Program-made: the position numbers and the translations under genes
Notes under the pieces: model-generated
Told to the model about the DNA's origin: nothing
The model's database searches: none
Seen by the model: the letters and a program-made list of their open reading frames with translations, nothing else
Source of the DNA: Felis catus
Taxonomy: Eukaryota
DNA length: 64,000 nucleotides
Direction: 5' to 3'
Assembly (NCBI RefSeq): GCF_018350175.1
Contig: NC_058368.1
Span: 8,494,001-8,558,000 of the forward strand
Shown: one piece after another, positions 25,093 to 36,865 of the stretch
Numbering within the stretch: the stretch's first letter is position 1
How the letters are laid out: each line of letters begins with the position of its first letter

Positions 25093-27592
25093 CGAGATCT
25101 TTTCAACTGTGCTTTTGGATTGCCTGTCTCATACACTTCTGCTCCACTGCCGTGAATTTCACGCAGAAGGTATTAATGGGATTTGTCTTCAATGCCGTTT
25201 GTGGGTTCAGGTCCCCAACCTTTGCCTGATCTAGGCCAACTGTCTATTCTGCCCCCCACATTTCTAGGCTCTAACCCAGTTTCTGTAGGACTGCCTCACT
25301 TGGTTTCTTTCTTCTGGTTTAAAATTATGCCAGAGTTTCCCATCTCCTACAGAATAAAGGGCTTAACTCCTTTGCATGATATTTGTATCATTCTAGATGC
25401 TTGGTTGCAAGCAAGGGACGCCCACTGTGGTAACTCTGAGCAGCACAGGAAGGGCGTGGGGGAAATCTGGGCGGGGCAGGCAGGGGCCGGTGAGCAGGGG
25501 CAGTGGGTGCCCGTGCCCCAAGTGCCATCTCTGATGCTCACAGGTCTGTCTCACATCTGGTCTTGCTGTCCCCTCTGTCTTTGTGTATTGTGCTGAGATT
25601 CAAAGTCACCGGTGAGAGTGTCCATTTGCCCAAGGCTGGCTCACTTTCCTGGGGGGAAGCGGGGATGAGCCTCCTGAATGAGATGGAGATTCCCTGCCTC
25701 CACCAAGACGGACGGCATTGAGAATTATGTAAAAATAGAAACCTGGTTTGACTCCCAGCAGCCAGAAACCATTACAAATATCCTGTCGATGGTGTTGCTC
25801 AAACATTTTTGTCTGCGATGTGCAAAGGATATATGCACGTGCACGCACACATACACTCTTAATTGAAAAAGTATCTAGGAAACAGTACTTTACTCATGGC
25901 TATGATAAATTCATCGTTTCCACTGTCATTTTTTTTTAATGTGGGTCATGACTTACTAAATTAATTCCACTTTGAAAACCTTGCCCTACAGTGTTTTCTG
26001 TGCAGTATATTCAAAATACTCCCAATGAGTCGCTTTTATGCACAAAATGCTTTATTTATATACCAGACAAACCTTTCTGCAATTCTGGCCTTTAAATGAC
26101 TGTTTTGTAAAGTAGATCCTAGAAGAATAGCACGTAGTCCTTGGCATCCAAATAAGCAAAAAAGAAGAAAGTATGAATCTGTTGTGTAATGAACACAATA
26201 TATCCAATTGTATCATCTGAACACAGAATATCCAATTGTATCATCAGACAGTACCCAATATAATAGTCCAGAATGTTTGTTTACATAGCTATCTAGTAAA
26301 GTTTAAGTCCACAACAGTTGTTAGAAAGTAACAGGGTTTTAATTTCTCATGCCCATCAAGCAAGAACGTTCATTTCAGCAAATATGCCTGGGGACTGGCC
26401 CTGGATGAGGTCGTTTTCTGGGTGTTTGAAGGGTACAGAGGTGAACTGGGCTGGGATCCTGGTCTCAAGGAGATGAAACTCTCTAGGAGAGAAGAAAAGA
26501 TAAGGGTATAGAAAATAGTTGTACCAGATAGAAACCGATATGGATCGTGAGAAAGGAGTAAAGGAAATGCGTAGGGTTTCAGAGGAATGGGGGTGCCTGG
26601 TTCCTGATAGAGGTCCTGAAGAACAAAGGAGGAGGGGTTCAGAGGGCGGGTGGGGGGGATGGAATTTCCCTGTCACCTGGCCTGCACCCTGGTGCAGCCG
26701 ATGAGGCCATGGGGATGGCACAGGCTTACAGACTGGAAGGGCCTTTCCGCAGTGAGGATTCCTGTCTTTGTACCTCTTTGTTCCCACTGTTGTCACCTCT
26801 GACACAAAGTAGGTGCTCACTGCATATGTAATGAATATAGACAGGGGCACCAGCTCTGGAGCATGATGGCAGAGGGTCCCCTCACAGCCTTGTGTGGACC
26901 GAGAGGGGTGCAGGAGCTCTGGGGGAGGGAAGAGTGCCAAGCCCAGCAGTCAGAGGGGAGGGGCTGCAGTTCACAAACATGGCTTGGGGGGCAGTGGTTG
27001 TCCTTCCCCCCCCCCCCCCCATCAGAAATCACAAGTTTTATCTGCGATTCAGCCAAGCTTGATCGAGGGCCTGAGTTACTCGACAGGTCTGGTGAAGGGA
27101 TCCACAGATGCTGAAAGGCAAGGACCCTGCCCTACCCGGCATCCAGGTCTTGTGAACAAAGCAGGGCGGGGAGGGGCAGGAGGTGGGGCACACACAGCAA
27201 TCAGGATGCACAACAAGGACAGAAAGGACTAAGTGCCCTGAGCAAGGCACAGCCAGAAAATGTGGGCCTGTGGCCTCTGGCCACAACCAAGCAGGGAACT
27301 TGGCTTTGGCAATGAGGCATCTTATGGTCCTCATGTTACAGTTGCCACCCTGCTTCTTTCCTAACCAAAATTAACCTAGTAACCTAGTATGCAGTACTCA
27401 TCCGGGTGCTTCCATGTGCTGTTGAGACTCTGCTAAGCACAGAATCTGGTCTCTAGAAACGTGCACATGGAGATCATGTGGGAAAGGAACGGTATTATGT
27501 CATCTGTTCTTTCAAAATGAAACTATTTCTGTGTCCTGGCAGATGGCCCGTAGTACCAGTTCTTGGATTATCTGATAACAGCCAATTATTTT

Positions 27593-27918
27593 ATTTTATT
27601 TTTTGGAAATGTTTCTATTTATTTATGAGAGAGAGAGGGAGGGAGGGGCGGAGAGAGAGACGGAGATGGGAGTCTGAAGCAGGCTTCAGGCTCTGAACCC
27701 ATTAGCACAGAGCCCGATGTGATCACGCGAGATCCCGCGAGATCACGACCCGAGCCAAAGTCGGACACTCAGCCGACTGAGCCACCCACGCGCGTGCCCG
27801 ACGTGATCACAGAGCCCGGTAGCACAGAGCCCGACGTGATCACGCGAGATCCCACGAGATCACGACCCGAGCCAAAGTCGGACACTCAGCGGACTGAGCC
27901 ACCCACGCGCGTGCCCCC
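27593..27918 (-). mobile_element. Rearranged Can-SINE with duplicated head (117-bp period)
   Basis: Two copies of tagcacagagcccg...gccacccacgcgcgtgccc; TSD gccaattatttt. Confidence 0.88.
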
Positions 27919-28291
27919 TATGGCCAATTATTTTCAAGAGCAGCTCCTGCATAGGGGACACTTTCACCAGGGCCTTTCTATACATGGAGTGAGTCTCTGG
28001 AACGGAGACTCAGTGTTCATTCTGTGTTACGGGCTGCGCAAGTTCTAGAGCGGGGAGCAGAGGGTAGGTGGAGGTGGAAGCGCAGCTCTAGATCTGGCTT
28101 CTAGAATGAGCAGAGAGAGGGGAGAGCAAGGGGAACGGGGAGGCCGTGCGGAGCTGCTGCAGAAGTTAGGTGGGAACCGGGCGCTCGGCCAGGTGCTGAT
28201 AGGAACAAGAGGGAGCAAACAGCACCAAAACTTGTTCTCGTACCTTTTTTCTGTTGCCCCGTCAACCGTGTAGCCGTGAGGCTGGATGTAC

Positions 28292-28517
28292 TTTTTTTTT
28301 TTTTTAATTTTTTTTTCAACGTTTATTTATTTTTGGGACAGAGAGAGAGCATGAACGGGGGAGGGGCAGAGAGAGAGAGGGAGACACAGAATCGGAAACA
28401 GGCTCCAGGCTCCGAGCCATCAGCCCAGAGCCCGACGCGGGGCTCGAACTCCCGGACCGCGAGATCGTGACCTGGCTGAAGTCGGACGCTTAACCGACTG
28501 CGCCACCCAGGCGCCCC
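28292..28517 (-). mobile_element. Young felid-type Can-SINE
   Basis: TSD ctggatgtactttttt; consensus-like and CpG-rich. Confidence 0.95.
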
Positions 28518-30769
28518 TGGATGTACTTTTTTAATGCAGGGCAGCATTTCCATCATTTGTTTCATACCCACCACACATGCTACACGTCTTACTTCTAGCC
28601 GCGCAAGAACCTGCTACTACAAGCTGCTATTTTCGGCCGCCTTCAAATGCCGATGAGGAAACAGGCTGAGTGAGATTGGTGAGTGAGAACACAGCCAGGG
28701 GATGGCAGAAGCCACTCAAAGCGCAGGGTTCCTGTCTGCAGGGGACCTTATTCCTTATTCCGGAGGACCTGAGTTACTTGTGTGATGCTCGCATGGCATT
28801 CTGACGCTAGGCAAATATTTATTCCCTGTCTAAGGAATGACACAGGGGGACTGTGTCTTCTAGGTAGCATGATGTATTCTGATAGAACATGCTGGAAATT
28901 CAGAGACATTCTGAGTTGCCATTCCACAGGCAGCTGGAAAATCTTAAAATTTGATTCAGATATATCGAAATCTATGGCTCTCTTCCAAAACTGTAACTTC
29001 CTTATTCAAGCTGAGCGTTCCCTCCAAACCCTCCTGGTGAGCTCAGGGGCAGAAGGAATGCCGTCTCCATTCACCTGCTCAGGTCACTGGGGACTCTGGG
29101 GTCTGCTCTTCTCTGAACAAACCAGAACTAGGAGTGTTTTTTCGTCCTGCTGACTCAGCTTCAGTGTCAGCTGGCTTGTCGTTCCAGGAAGAACAGCCAA
29201 TCTGTTGGTTTCTGGGCATCCAATAGAGCGATCGTCTTAGATCCCTTAATTTTAAATTTAGATTAAAACTGAAAAGTCACTCTGTGGATTTTTTTGGTGA
29301 GTGTATAACTTGAGTCCTTTATTAAGATGATCTAAATCTTCACACTCTGCTTCAGTTTTCTTTAAATATTCCATAAGGAAATTGTGGTTTTCATCTTTTT
29401 AACTTCTTTTATCATGATAAAAAGCTTATAACAAGAAACTGCGGTCCTCTGCCCACCTTCTCTGTTTCAAAACTTACTCCACAGAGGCAACAGATTTCAG
29501 ATAATTTGGGGATTTCTTCTGATCACCAGCCCCACAGCTGTCCTAATATGCTGTACTTCTGTGTCTTTTTTGGGGTATCATCCATTGGTTTCTCCTCAAA
29601 GCAGAGCAGAGTTCAGCTCTCCTACTACAGACTCCCATGTTTTCCCTTTCCCCAGCCTTCCAAAATTTGGGTAAGTCACACTGTTTCCATGATTACATGT
29701 AATTCACTGATGATCCCATTGGTGTACTACGATGATTCGTTTATTTTCTCATGTAACTTTTTCCTGTCTAAGGTTAATACCTGTGACGTGGGGGCATTGC
29801 CTGTTGCCATCCAACAACGACTTCCTCTTCCTCCTTGCTGGCTGGAGCCTGATTTTGTTCTGATGTCCACCCCTTTGCACTTAACTCAGTCCTTTCAATG
29901 CCAAGCCAGTCACCATGGCCCAGTTCCCCCCGCCCTGCAAGGGGTAGCCTGTAGGGGTTGTTTCTGGGGAAGGTTTCTTTGTTCTTAGGCAAACAAAGAA
30001 GAAATGGCCTCTCCTATCAGTTGGAGAAAAGAGTTCCAAGAACCAGCAGAACGCTTACTAAACACAAATATCCAAATGCCACAGGGCCACCCATTGCATT
30101 TTTCTCAATCGCTCTGCCTCCCACACCTGAGCTGGTTTATCTCTGGGCCTGGCACCCTTGTCTTCCTAGGGCTTTCTTTTGGTCCTCTTGTCCTGGATCC
30201 CCTCTATTCTTCACTTATATATTCATTTTTCAAAAACATATCCTTTAGAGGTTTGGGAAATTATCTATTTGAATTATTGTGTGTTTGAAAATGAATTTAT
30301 TCTGTACTCACACTTCAGTTGATAGTTTAGCAGGATATAGAATTCTAAGTAAAATCATTATTGCTTGGACTGTTAACATTGCTCCCCTGACTTTAAGTAT
30401 TTATTATTACTGTTTAGAAATCTGTTTCCAGAATGACTGCTTTTATCTGTGATCTAGTTTATCTCTCTGAAACTTCTCTTTATTTGTGGGGCACTAAAAT
30501 TGCATGATGCTATGCCTTGCAATATGCAGTTTTTATTTTCTAGGCTGTTGGTGGGTCTTTCTAAACTTGTGTTCTTCAGTGCTGAGAATTTTCTTGTTCT
30601 GTTTCTTTGGTAATTTGCTCCTTGTGTTTTTTGTATTCTTCACTTTTTCCATCTTTCTGCAATTCTGTTAGAATTTAGAGCTTCCACACTGTGCACTAAT
30701 TATTCTATCTTGGTTAGTTTTTCCTTTCTGGGTTCTAGTTTCAGAGAGATTGCCTAGATTTTATCTTTA

Positions 30770-31942
30770 TTTTTTTTTAATTTTTTTTAATTATTTTTTT
30801 TAATATATGAAATTTATTGTCAAATTGGTTTCCATACAACACCCAGTGCTCATCCCAAAAGATGCCCTCTTCAATACCCATCACCCACCCTCCCCTCCCT
30901 CCTACCCCCCATCAGCCCTCAGTTTGTTCTCAGTTTTTAAGAGTCTCTTATGCTTTGGCTCTCTCCCACTCTAGCCTCTCTCTCTCTCTTTTTTTTTCCT
31001 TCCCCTCCCCCATGGGTTCCTGTTAAGTTTCTCAGGATCCACATAAGTGTGAAAACATATGGTATCTGTCTTTCTCTGTATGGCTTATTTCACTTAGCAT
31101 CACACTGTCCAGTTCCATCCACGTTGCTACAAAGGGCCATATTTCATTCTTTCTCATTGCCACGTAGTACTCCATTGTGTATAGAAACCACAATTTCTTT
31201 ATCCATTTATCAGTTGATGGACATTTAGGCTCTTTCCAAATTTGGCTATTGTTGAGAGTGCTGCTATAAACATTGGGGTGCAGGTGCCCCTATGCATCAG
31301 TACTCCTGGATCCCTTGGGTAAATTCCTAGCAGTGCTACTGCTGGGTCATAGGGTAGGTCTATTTTTAATTTTTTGTGGAACCTCCACACTGTTTTCCAG
31401 AGCGGCTGCACCAATTTGCATTCCCACCAACAGTGCAAGAGGGTTCCCGTTTCTCCACATCCTCTCCAGCATTTATTGTCTCCTGATTTGTTCATTTTGG
31501 CCACTCTGACTGGCATGAGGTGATATCTGAGTGTGGTTTTGATTTGTATTTCCCTGATGAGGACTGACGTTGAGCATCTTTTCATGTGCCTGTTGGCCAT
31601 CCGGATGTCTTCTTTAGAGAAGTGTCCATGTTTTCTGCCCATTTCTTCACTGGATATTTGTTTTTCAGGTGTGGAGTTTGGTGAACTCTTTTTAGATTTT
31701 GGATACTAGCCCTTTGTCCGATATGTCATTTGCAAATATCTTTTCCCATTCCGTTGGTTGCCTTTTAGTTTTGTTGATTGTTTCCTTTGCTGTGCAGAAG
31801 CTTTTTATCTTCATGAGGTCCCAATAGTTCATTTTTGCTTTTAATTCCCTTGCCTTTGGGGATGTGTCAAGTAAGAAATTGCTGCGGCTGAGGTCAGAGA
31901 GGTCTTTTCTTGTTTTCTCCTCTAGGGTTTTGATGGTTTCCT
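30770..31942 (-). mobile_element. 5'-truncated young (felid-type) L1, ~1.17 kb
   Basis: ORF2 C-terminus ([47 protein letters not shown]), T-rich tail, 15-bp TSD tagattttatcttta at 30755-30769 and 31943-31957. Confidence 0.95.
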
Positions 31943-32109
31943 TAGATTTTATCTTTAAAGCCTTCTATCGATTTTTACATTTTAATGATCATATTTTTAA
32001 TTTCTCTGAGCTCTTATGTATTTTCTGACTGTCCCTTTCTTGTTTTATGGACCCTCCTATGTCTGAGGGAATTAGTTAGAATTTTGAGATGTTTTCTTCA
32101 GTTTTCCAC

Positions 32110-32585
32110 CCACTGAATGGATAAACAAATTGTGGTACAGCCATACAGTGGACTACCACTTGCGAATAAAAAGGAGCAAACTACTGATATATGTAATAAT
32201 ACGGATAGATCTAGAATGCAACATGCATTCTGTATGAATATTTGCAATATTAACATAATCACAACAAATCCCATTAATAAAATAATGTAGTAATGAGTAA
32301 CTTATCTACACTCATCTGTATTAAAAGAAGCAAGACTTCAAAGGCTGCGTGCTTTATAACTACATTTGTGTAAGATTTTGGAAAAAAAAAACTGCAGGGA
32401 TGGAGAATAGACCAGTGTTGGTGGGGGAGGGGCTGAATCCAAGGGAGTGACACGAGAGGCTTTTGAGGTGATGCACGTGTTGTGTATTTTGCTTGTGTTG
32501 GTGGTTACTCCGTGCACCTGTCAAAACTCATAAGTGCGTGCCAACAAGTGTATTTTATTTATGTAAATCAAAACAAATTTCTAAA
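32110..32585 (+). mobile_element. Old L1M 3' end
   Basis: gaatggataaacaaattgtggtacagccatacagtggactac...aaaaggagcaaactactgata. Confidence 0.7.
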
Positions 32586-32612
32586 AGGTGTTCTTCCATT
32601 TTCGGCATTTTT

Positions 32613-32829
32613 GTATTAAAATTTTTTAAACGTTTATTTATTTTTGAGGCAGAGAGAGGCAGAGCATGAACAGGGGAGGGGCAGAGAGAGAGGGAGACAC
32701 AGAATCTGAAGCGGGCTCCAGGCTCCAAGCGTCAGCCCAGAGCCTGACGCGGGGCTCGAACTCATGGACTTGAGATCATGACCTGAGCCGAAGTCGGACG
32801 CTTAACCGACTGAGCCACCCAGGAGCCCC
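32613..32829 (-). mobile_element. Can-SINE
   Basis: TSD ccattttcggcattttt. Confidence 0.93.
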
Positions 32830-35800
32830 ATTTTCGGCATTTTTTAATGCCTTGTCTTTTTTTATCATAAGCTTTCTTATATATTTGGTAGTTCTTAACT
32901 GCTCATTCACATTTGGGAATGAGATCGGAATCTGGAGCCATGCGTTATGCGTTGTGTTCCTTTGCTGCAGCTGGCGTGTTGAGAGCAGAAAATAGAGAAT
33001 TTGTATTAATTTTCCACTATTACTTTATCCTTTTCTCATTAATCAGAGGACCTGTCATTCGGGGGTACCTCTGTCCCTCCCTCCTTCCTGACACGTTCTC
33101 AGGCTCTAGCCCTCGGCCTCCTTGGGCTAATGCTACTCTAACTTCCTTTCCTTGGGGTTGGGCACGCTCTCAGGAGCCCTGCGCCCAGCCTGTCTGTGTG
33201 GTCGGGAGGCTGCTGGGGAGAGGTTTTCTTGTGATTTGCTCGCTGCTGCACGACTCCTATTGAGGTCAGAGAGTGCTCCTGTGAAGAGCAATGTCAAACA
33301 GATTTCTGGTTTTCTCCTCCCCCTCAGAGCTGTCTTCACACTTTAATTGGGAAGGGCCCTTACGAGTAAAGCTGGAACAAATTTCCCTGGTCAGGAGGAG
33401 GGTAGTCCGTGCGTAAATGTGCGAGTCCCAGAAATCGGATGGAAGGCAGTCCGGCTTGCTCCTGCAGGCGAGCTGCCCGGGTCAGAGGAGAAGTACCCAG
33501 GGACACGGTATCGGGAGCCTTATTGGAAGCTGTCAAGGAGGGGAAATTAACACATTGTCAGGACCTTACGTCAGGGAGGGGAAATTAACACATTGCTCTC
33601 TTTCTTTCCCCCCCATGCTACACAGATCATACATGTGAGAGGATGTGATTGTGGATCAATAACCAACTTCTTGGCAGTTTTATTTGAAAAATGAGCATGA
33701 GACTCACAGCCTTTCTTTGAGAGTCTTTGATTAAAATAGATTCGGGGGTATCTCGTGTTACTTGACAGTGAAGTTTTAAACTGTGACTTTAGATCTTTAA
33801 AACATGCCCATTAAAAGCCCTGCTCACTCAAGTCTGTGCTTTCTGGGAATGTTTGATTTCTGTTGCTTACGAAATGTGTCTGTTTTGATAAGCAAGATGC
33901 ACGCAGCCTGTGCCCTATCCCGGAAATGCTGGCAAGCCAGTTTTCCACCCTGGGATTATAGGCTGGGTGCTATTCAAATACATACCGACATGTTACTCTT
34001 TAAGGAAGGAAGCCATCTCGAATTTTGGGGGGAATATAAGATTTTTTTTTAACTATTCAAGCTCTGGTGAAGTGAGGCTTCCTACAAGTTAACTAAAGCG
34101 ATATTATTCCTTTATCTCAATTGTATGGAAACACGACTCATTCTCCCTGGCATAGATCATCTGTTTCTCTTGCACGTTTCTAGGGCAAATTGGTTCCAAA
34201 CCAAGTGCTGTGTTCTTTCCTTTTCTGTTTATCGTCATTTCTTTATCTGTTCCTTAAAGACAAAGACATTCCAAGCATGGTGTTCCAAAATGCCTAGTTC
34301 ATTACATGGTATAATTAATGACAATACAGAGACTTCCAGCAAGAAGCCCTGGGACATGAGCTTTGTACTTTTTCGTTGGGTTGCTGGTTTCCGCAGTCAC
34401 CATGCAGTAGATTTTACTACTTTCTGGTTGTTTGCAAACTTCCTCTGCTTGGGCTGCATCGTGGTGTTAAATGTTCATCTTCATCGTGCGAGCTGTCTCG
34501 TTCATTTGACAGAAGACAGGTTGTCTGCTTGTGATGAGAGAAAAAAAGAAATGCACCTTCCCGAAAGAGAATGAGCTGAAAGACCCCATTTTGAGTGACC
34601 CGGTACAGGCGTGTGAGCTGGAGGTGATTCTCGCTTTATCCCTGATGACGTTACGAAGAGTTCCTGCTTCCCTTCAGGTAGCAGGGAATCCCGAGGTTTA
34701 CAGCCTGCAGTCCTGCAGATAAATGAAGGTCATGTGCCATCCCTGTTGTGAGTGCTGATGTCCATTCTCGGGGCCTAACACACAGCAGAGAGTCAGGGAT
34801 GTATAGATCAAGCGTGCCTACCGCGTTGAAATGAACCCACTGGGAGAAGCTGGGTCGAGTGGGACCTAGCAGAGGAGTTTGAGGACGTGTCTGTACTGCC
34901 CTCTCTGCTTCCATGAAGTCACCCCCATACCCTCCCCAGGAATCGACCTCCTGGCCCACCTGCTCGGGTAGATTTAAGGATTCCCCTAGAACTGTTTGAC
35001 CCATTATCCACATTATAGAAGTGGTTTGGGCCCTAAGACCAGTGGTAGGAAAGAAAGGAGGGAGTGGGTTTGTGGAGAATACTCACATAAGGCATTTGTG
35101 GTTAGAAACAAAGCAGGAAATACTTGATGAATATCAGTGTTATCTCAATACTTGGGCGGGTAGATAAGAAGAGTGCTCTGGGAGTGGGGCCTCAGTTGCC
35201 TTTAGGTGCCGGGCAGGTAGCATAGGGAGTGAAGCAACCAGGTGTGAGTTAAAAGGCCAAATAGCCACTGGAGAAGGAGAAAGTGCCTGCCTTGCAAACA
35301 TACACTTGAACTCCACTCTTAAGACACCGCTGCCTTCTCCTCCAACAAGTCCATAACAGAAACCTTGTCTGACTCAGCCCCTGGGAAGCCATGTGAAATG
35401 CCTACATATATTTTCTTTTTCATAGATCGAAAAGTATTTGATTTCATCGAGATTTGAAGTCAATGTCTGTCTCTCTCTCTTTAGCCTCTTATTAATAAAT
35501 ACAAGCACAGAAAAATGTTGTTGGAAGACTTTGGATCTTATCTGGTATTTTGTAGATGGAATATTAGTCTTTGACGTATCAGCCTTTCTCAGTGGTCTCA
35601 AAGAATGGCAGAGAATTTATCACCAGCTCTTGACAAATTCAGTTGTTCTTGCTGCCTTTTGAAAATGCCAGGCTTTTTCTTCCTTCACCAGATCAGATAA
35701 CTCCCAGTTTTTCTGGTAAGCAGATGTGAAATCCATAGATAGTCCCCATGCCTCATTTCAGCTATTATTTTGTCCCCTTTCATCACGAAATCCTTTTTTT

Positions 35801-36031
35801 GGAGCAAGCAGCGTTTGACAGATTTGAGTTTCACAGAGGCTTTTTTTCTTACCTCTTCGCCACTGGGGGAAATACAGGTAAAGAGACAGCGAGGAAGTGG
35901 GTCACTGGGGGAAGAAAGGGAGACGTGTGACCCCAGCCTCACCTACAAATCCAATACCCAGGCCTCGAATGCCACAATAAGTCTGGTGTATGTATGTCTG
36001 GTACACGGCGGTGGTCTTTGGAAAACTATCT

Positions 36032-36215
36032 ACCAACACGGACACACAGACAGATGCACCCCTACCCACAAACACGGACACACAGACAAACGCACCCCTA
36101 ACCACAAACACGGACACACAGACAGATGCACCCCTACCCACAAACACGGACACACAGACAAACGCACCCCTAACCACAAACACGGACACACAGACAGATG
36201 CACCCCTACCCACAA
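36032..36215. repeat. Minisatellite, 5 x 36 bp with alternating A/B variants
   Basis: Unit ACAAACACGGACACACAGACA(GAT/AAC)GCACCCCTA(C/A)CC, in order A-B-A-B-A. Confidence 0.93.
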
Positions 36216-36446
36216 CGCAGGGGCACAAATTCATGCGTTGCAAGAAGGGGCAAAGATCTAATTTGCCCCAGCCCCTCCGATGTAATTTCTGCTTCCTTCT
36301 TGTCATTACGTGTTACTTAGAATTTCTCCTTAACTGCATGTTTTATCACACCCTGCCTTGCTATTGTTACCACAGTTACTAGCTGTCTGCATGTTATATC
36401 CCCTTCCCCTCAGGAGATCGCAGTTTCCCTAAGGATTCAGGGAAAA

Positions 36447-36865
36447 AATTTTTTTAATGATTATTTTTGAGACAGGGAGAGACAGAGCATGAATGGGGGA
36501 GGGGCAGAGAGAGAGGGAGACACAGGATCTGAAACAGGCTCCGGGCTCTGAGCCGTCAGCACAGAGCCTGATGTGGGGCTCGAGCCCATGAACCATGAGA
36601 TCATGACCTGAGCCGAAGTAGGATGCTCAACAGACTGGGCCACTCAGGCGCCCCTTAAATTTTTTAATGTTTTTATTTATTTTTGAGACAGAGATAGACC
36701 ATGAGCAGGGGAGGGTCAGAGAGAGGGAGACACAGAATCTGAAACAGGCTCCGGGCTCTGAGCTGTCAGCACAGAGCCCGATGTGGGGCTCGAACCCACG
36801 AACCCCGAGATCATGACCTGAGCCAAAATTGGACGCTTAACCAACTGAGCCACCCAGGTGCCCCC
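36447..36865 (-). mobile_element. Two Can-SINEs head-to-tail (36447-36654 and 36655-36865)
   Basis: Two complete bodies; aaattttttaatg flanks the left one on both sides. Confidence 0.92.

Noticed and set aside
26356..26940. 194-aa minus-strand ORF (also 61628-62167 and 37393-37908)
   Set aside because: No recognisable domain; the latter two overlap L2 remnants; consistent with chance ORFs.
27719..28048. Repetitive 109-aa ORF (TRDPARSRPEPKSDTQ x2)
   Set aside because: It is an antisense translation of a duplicated SINE head.
31199..31642. L1 ORF2-like ORFs (also 9067-9459 and 55296-56139) as active genes
   Set aside because: 5'-truncated and frameshifted; no ORF1, endonuclease or complete RT.
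34500..34630. Possible extra MTUS2 5' exon (ttgacag...gag|gtgatt)
   Set aside because: Splice signals are weak and there is no other support from sequence alone.
35770..36382. Overlapping ORFs with mucin-like or His/Cys repeats
   Set aside because: They arise from a 36-bp minisatellite; no splice or coding support.
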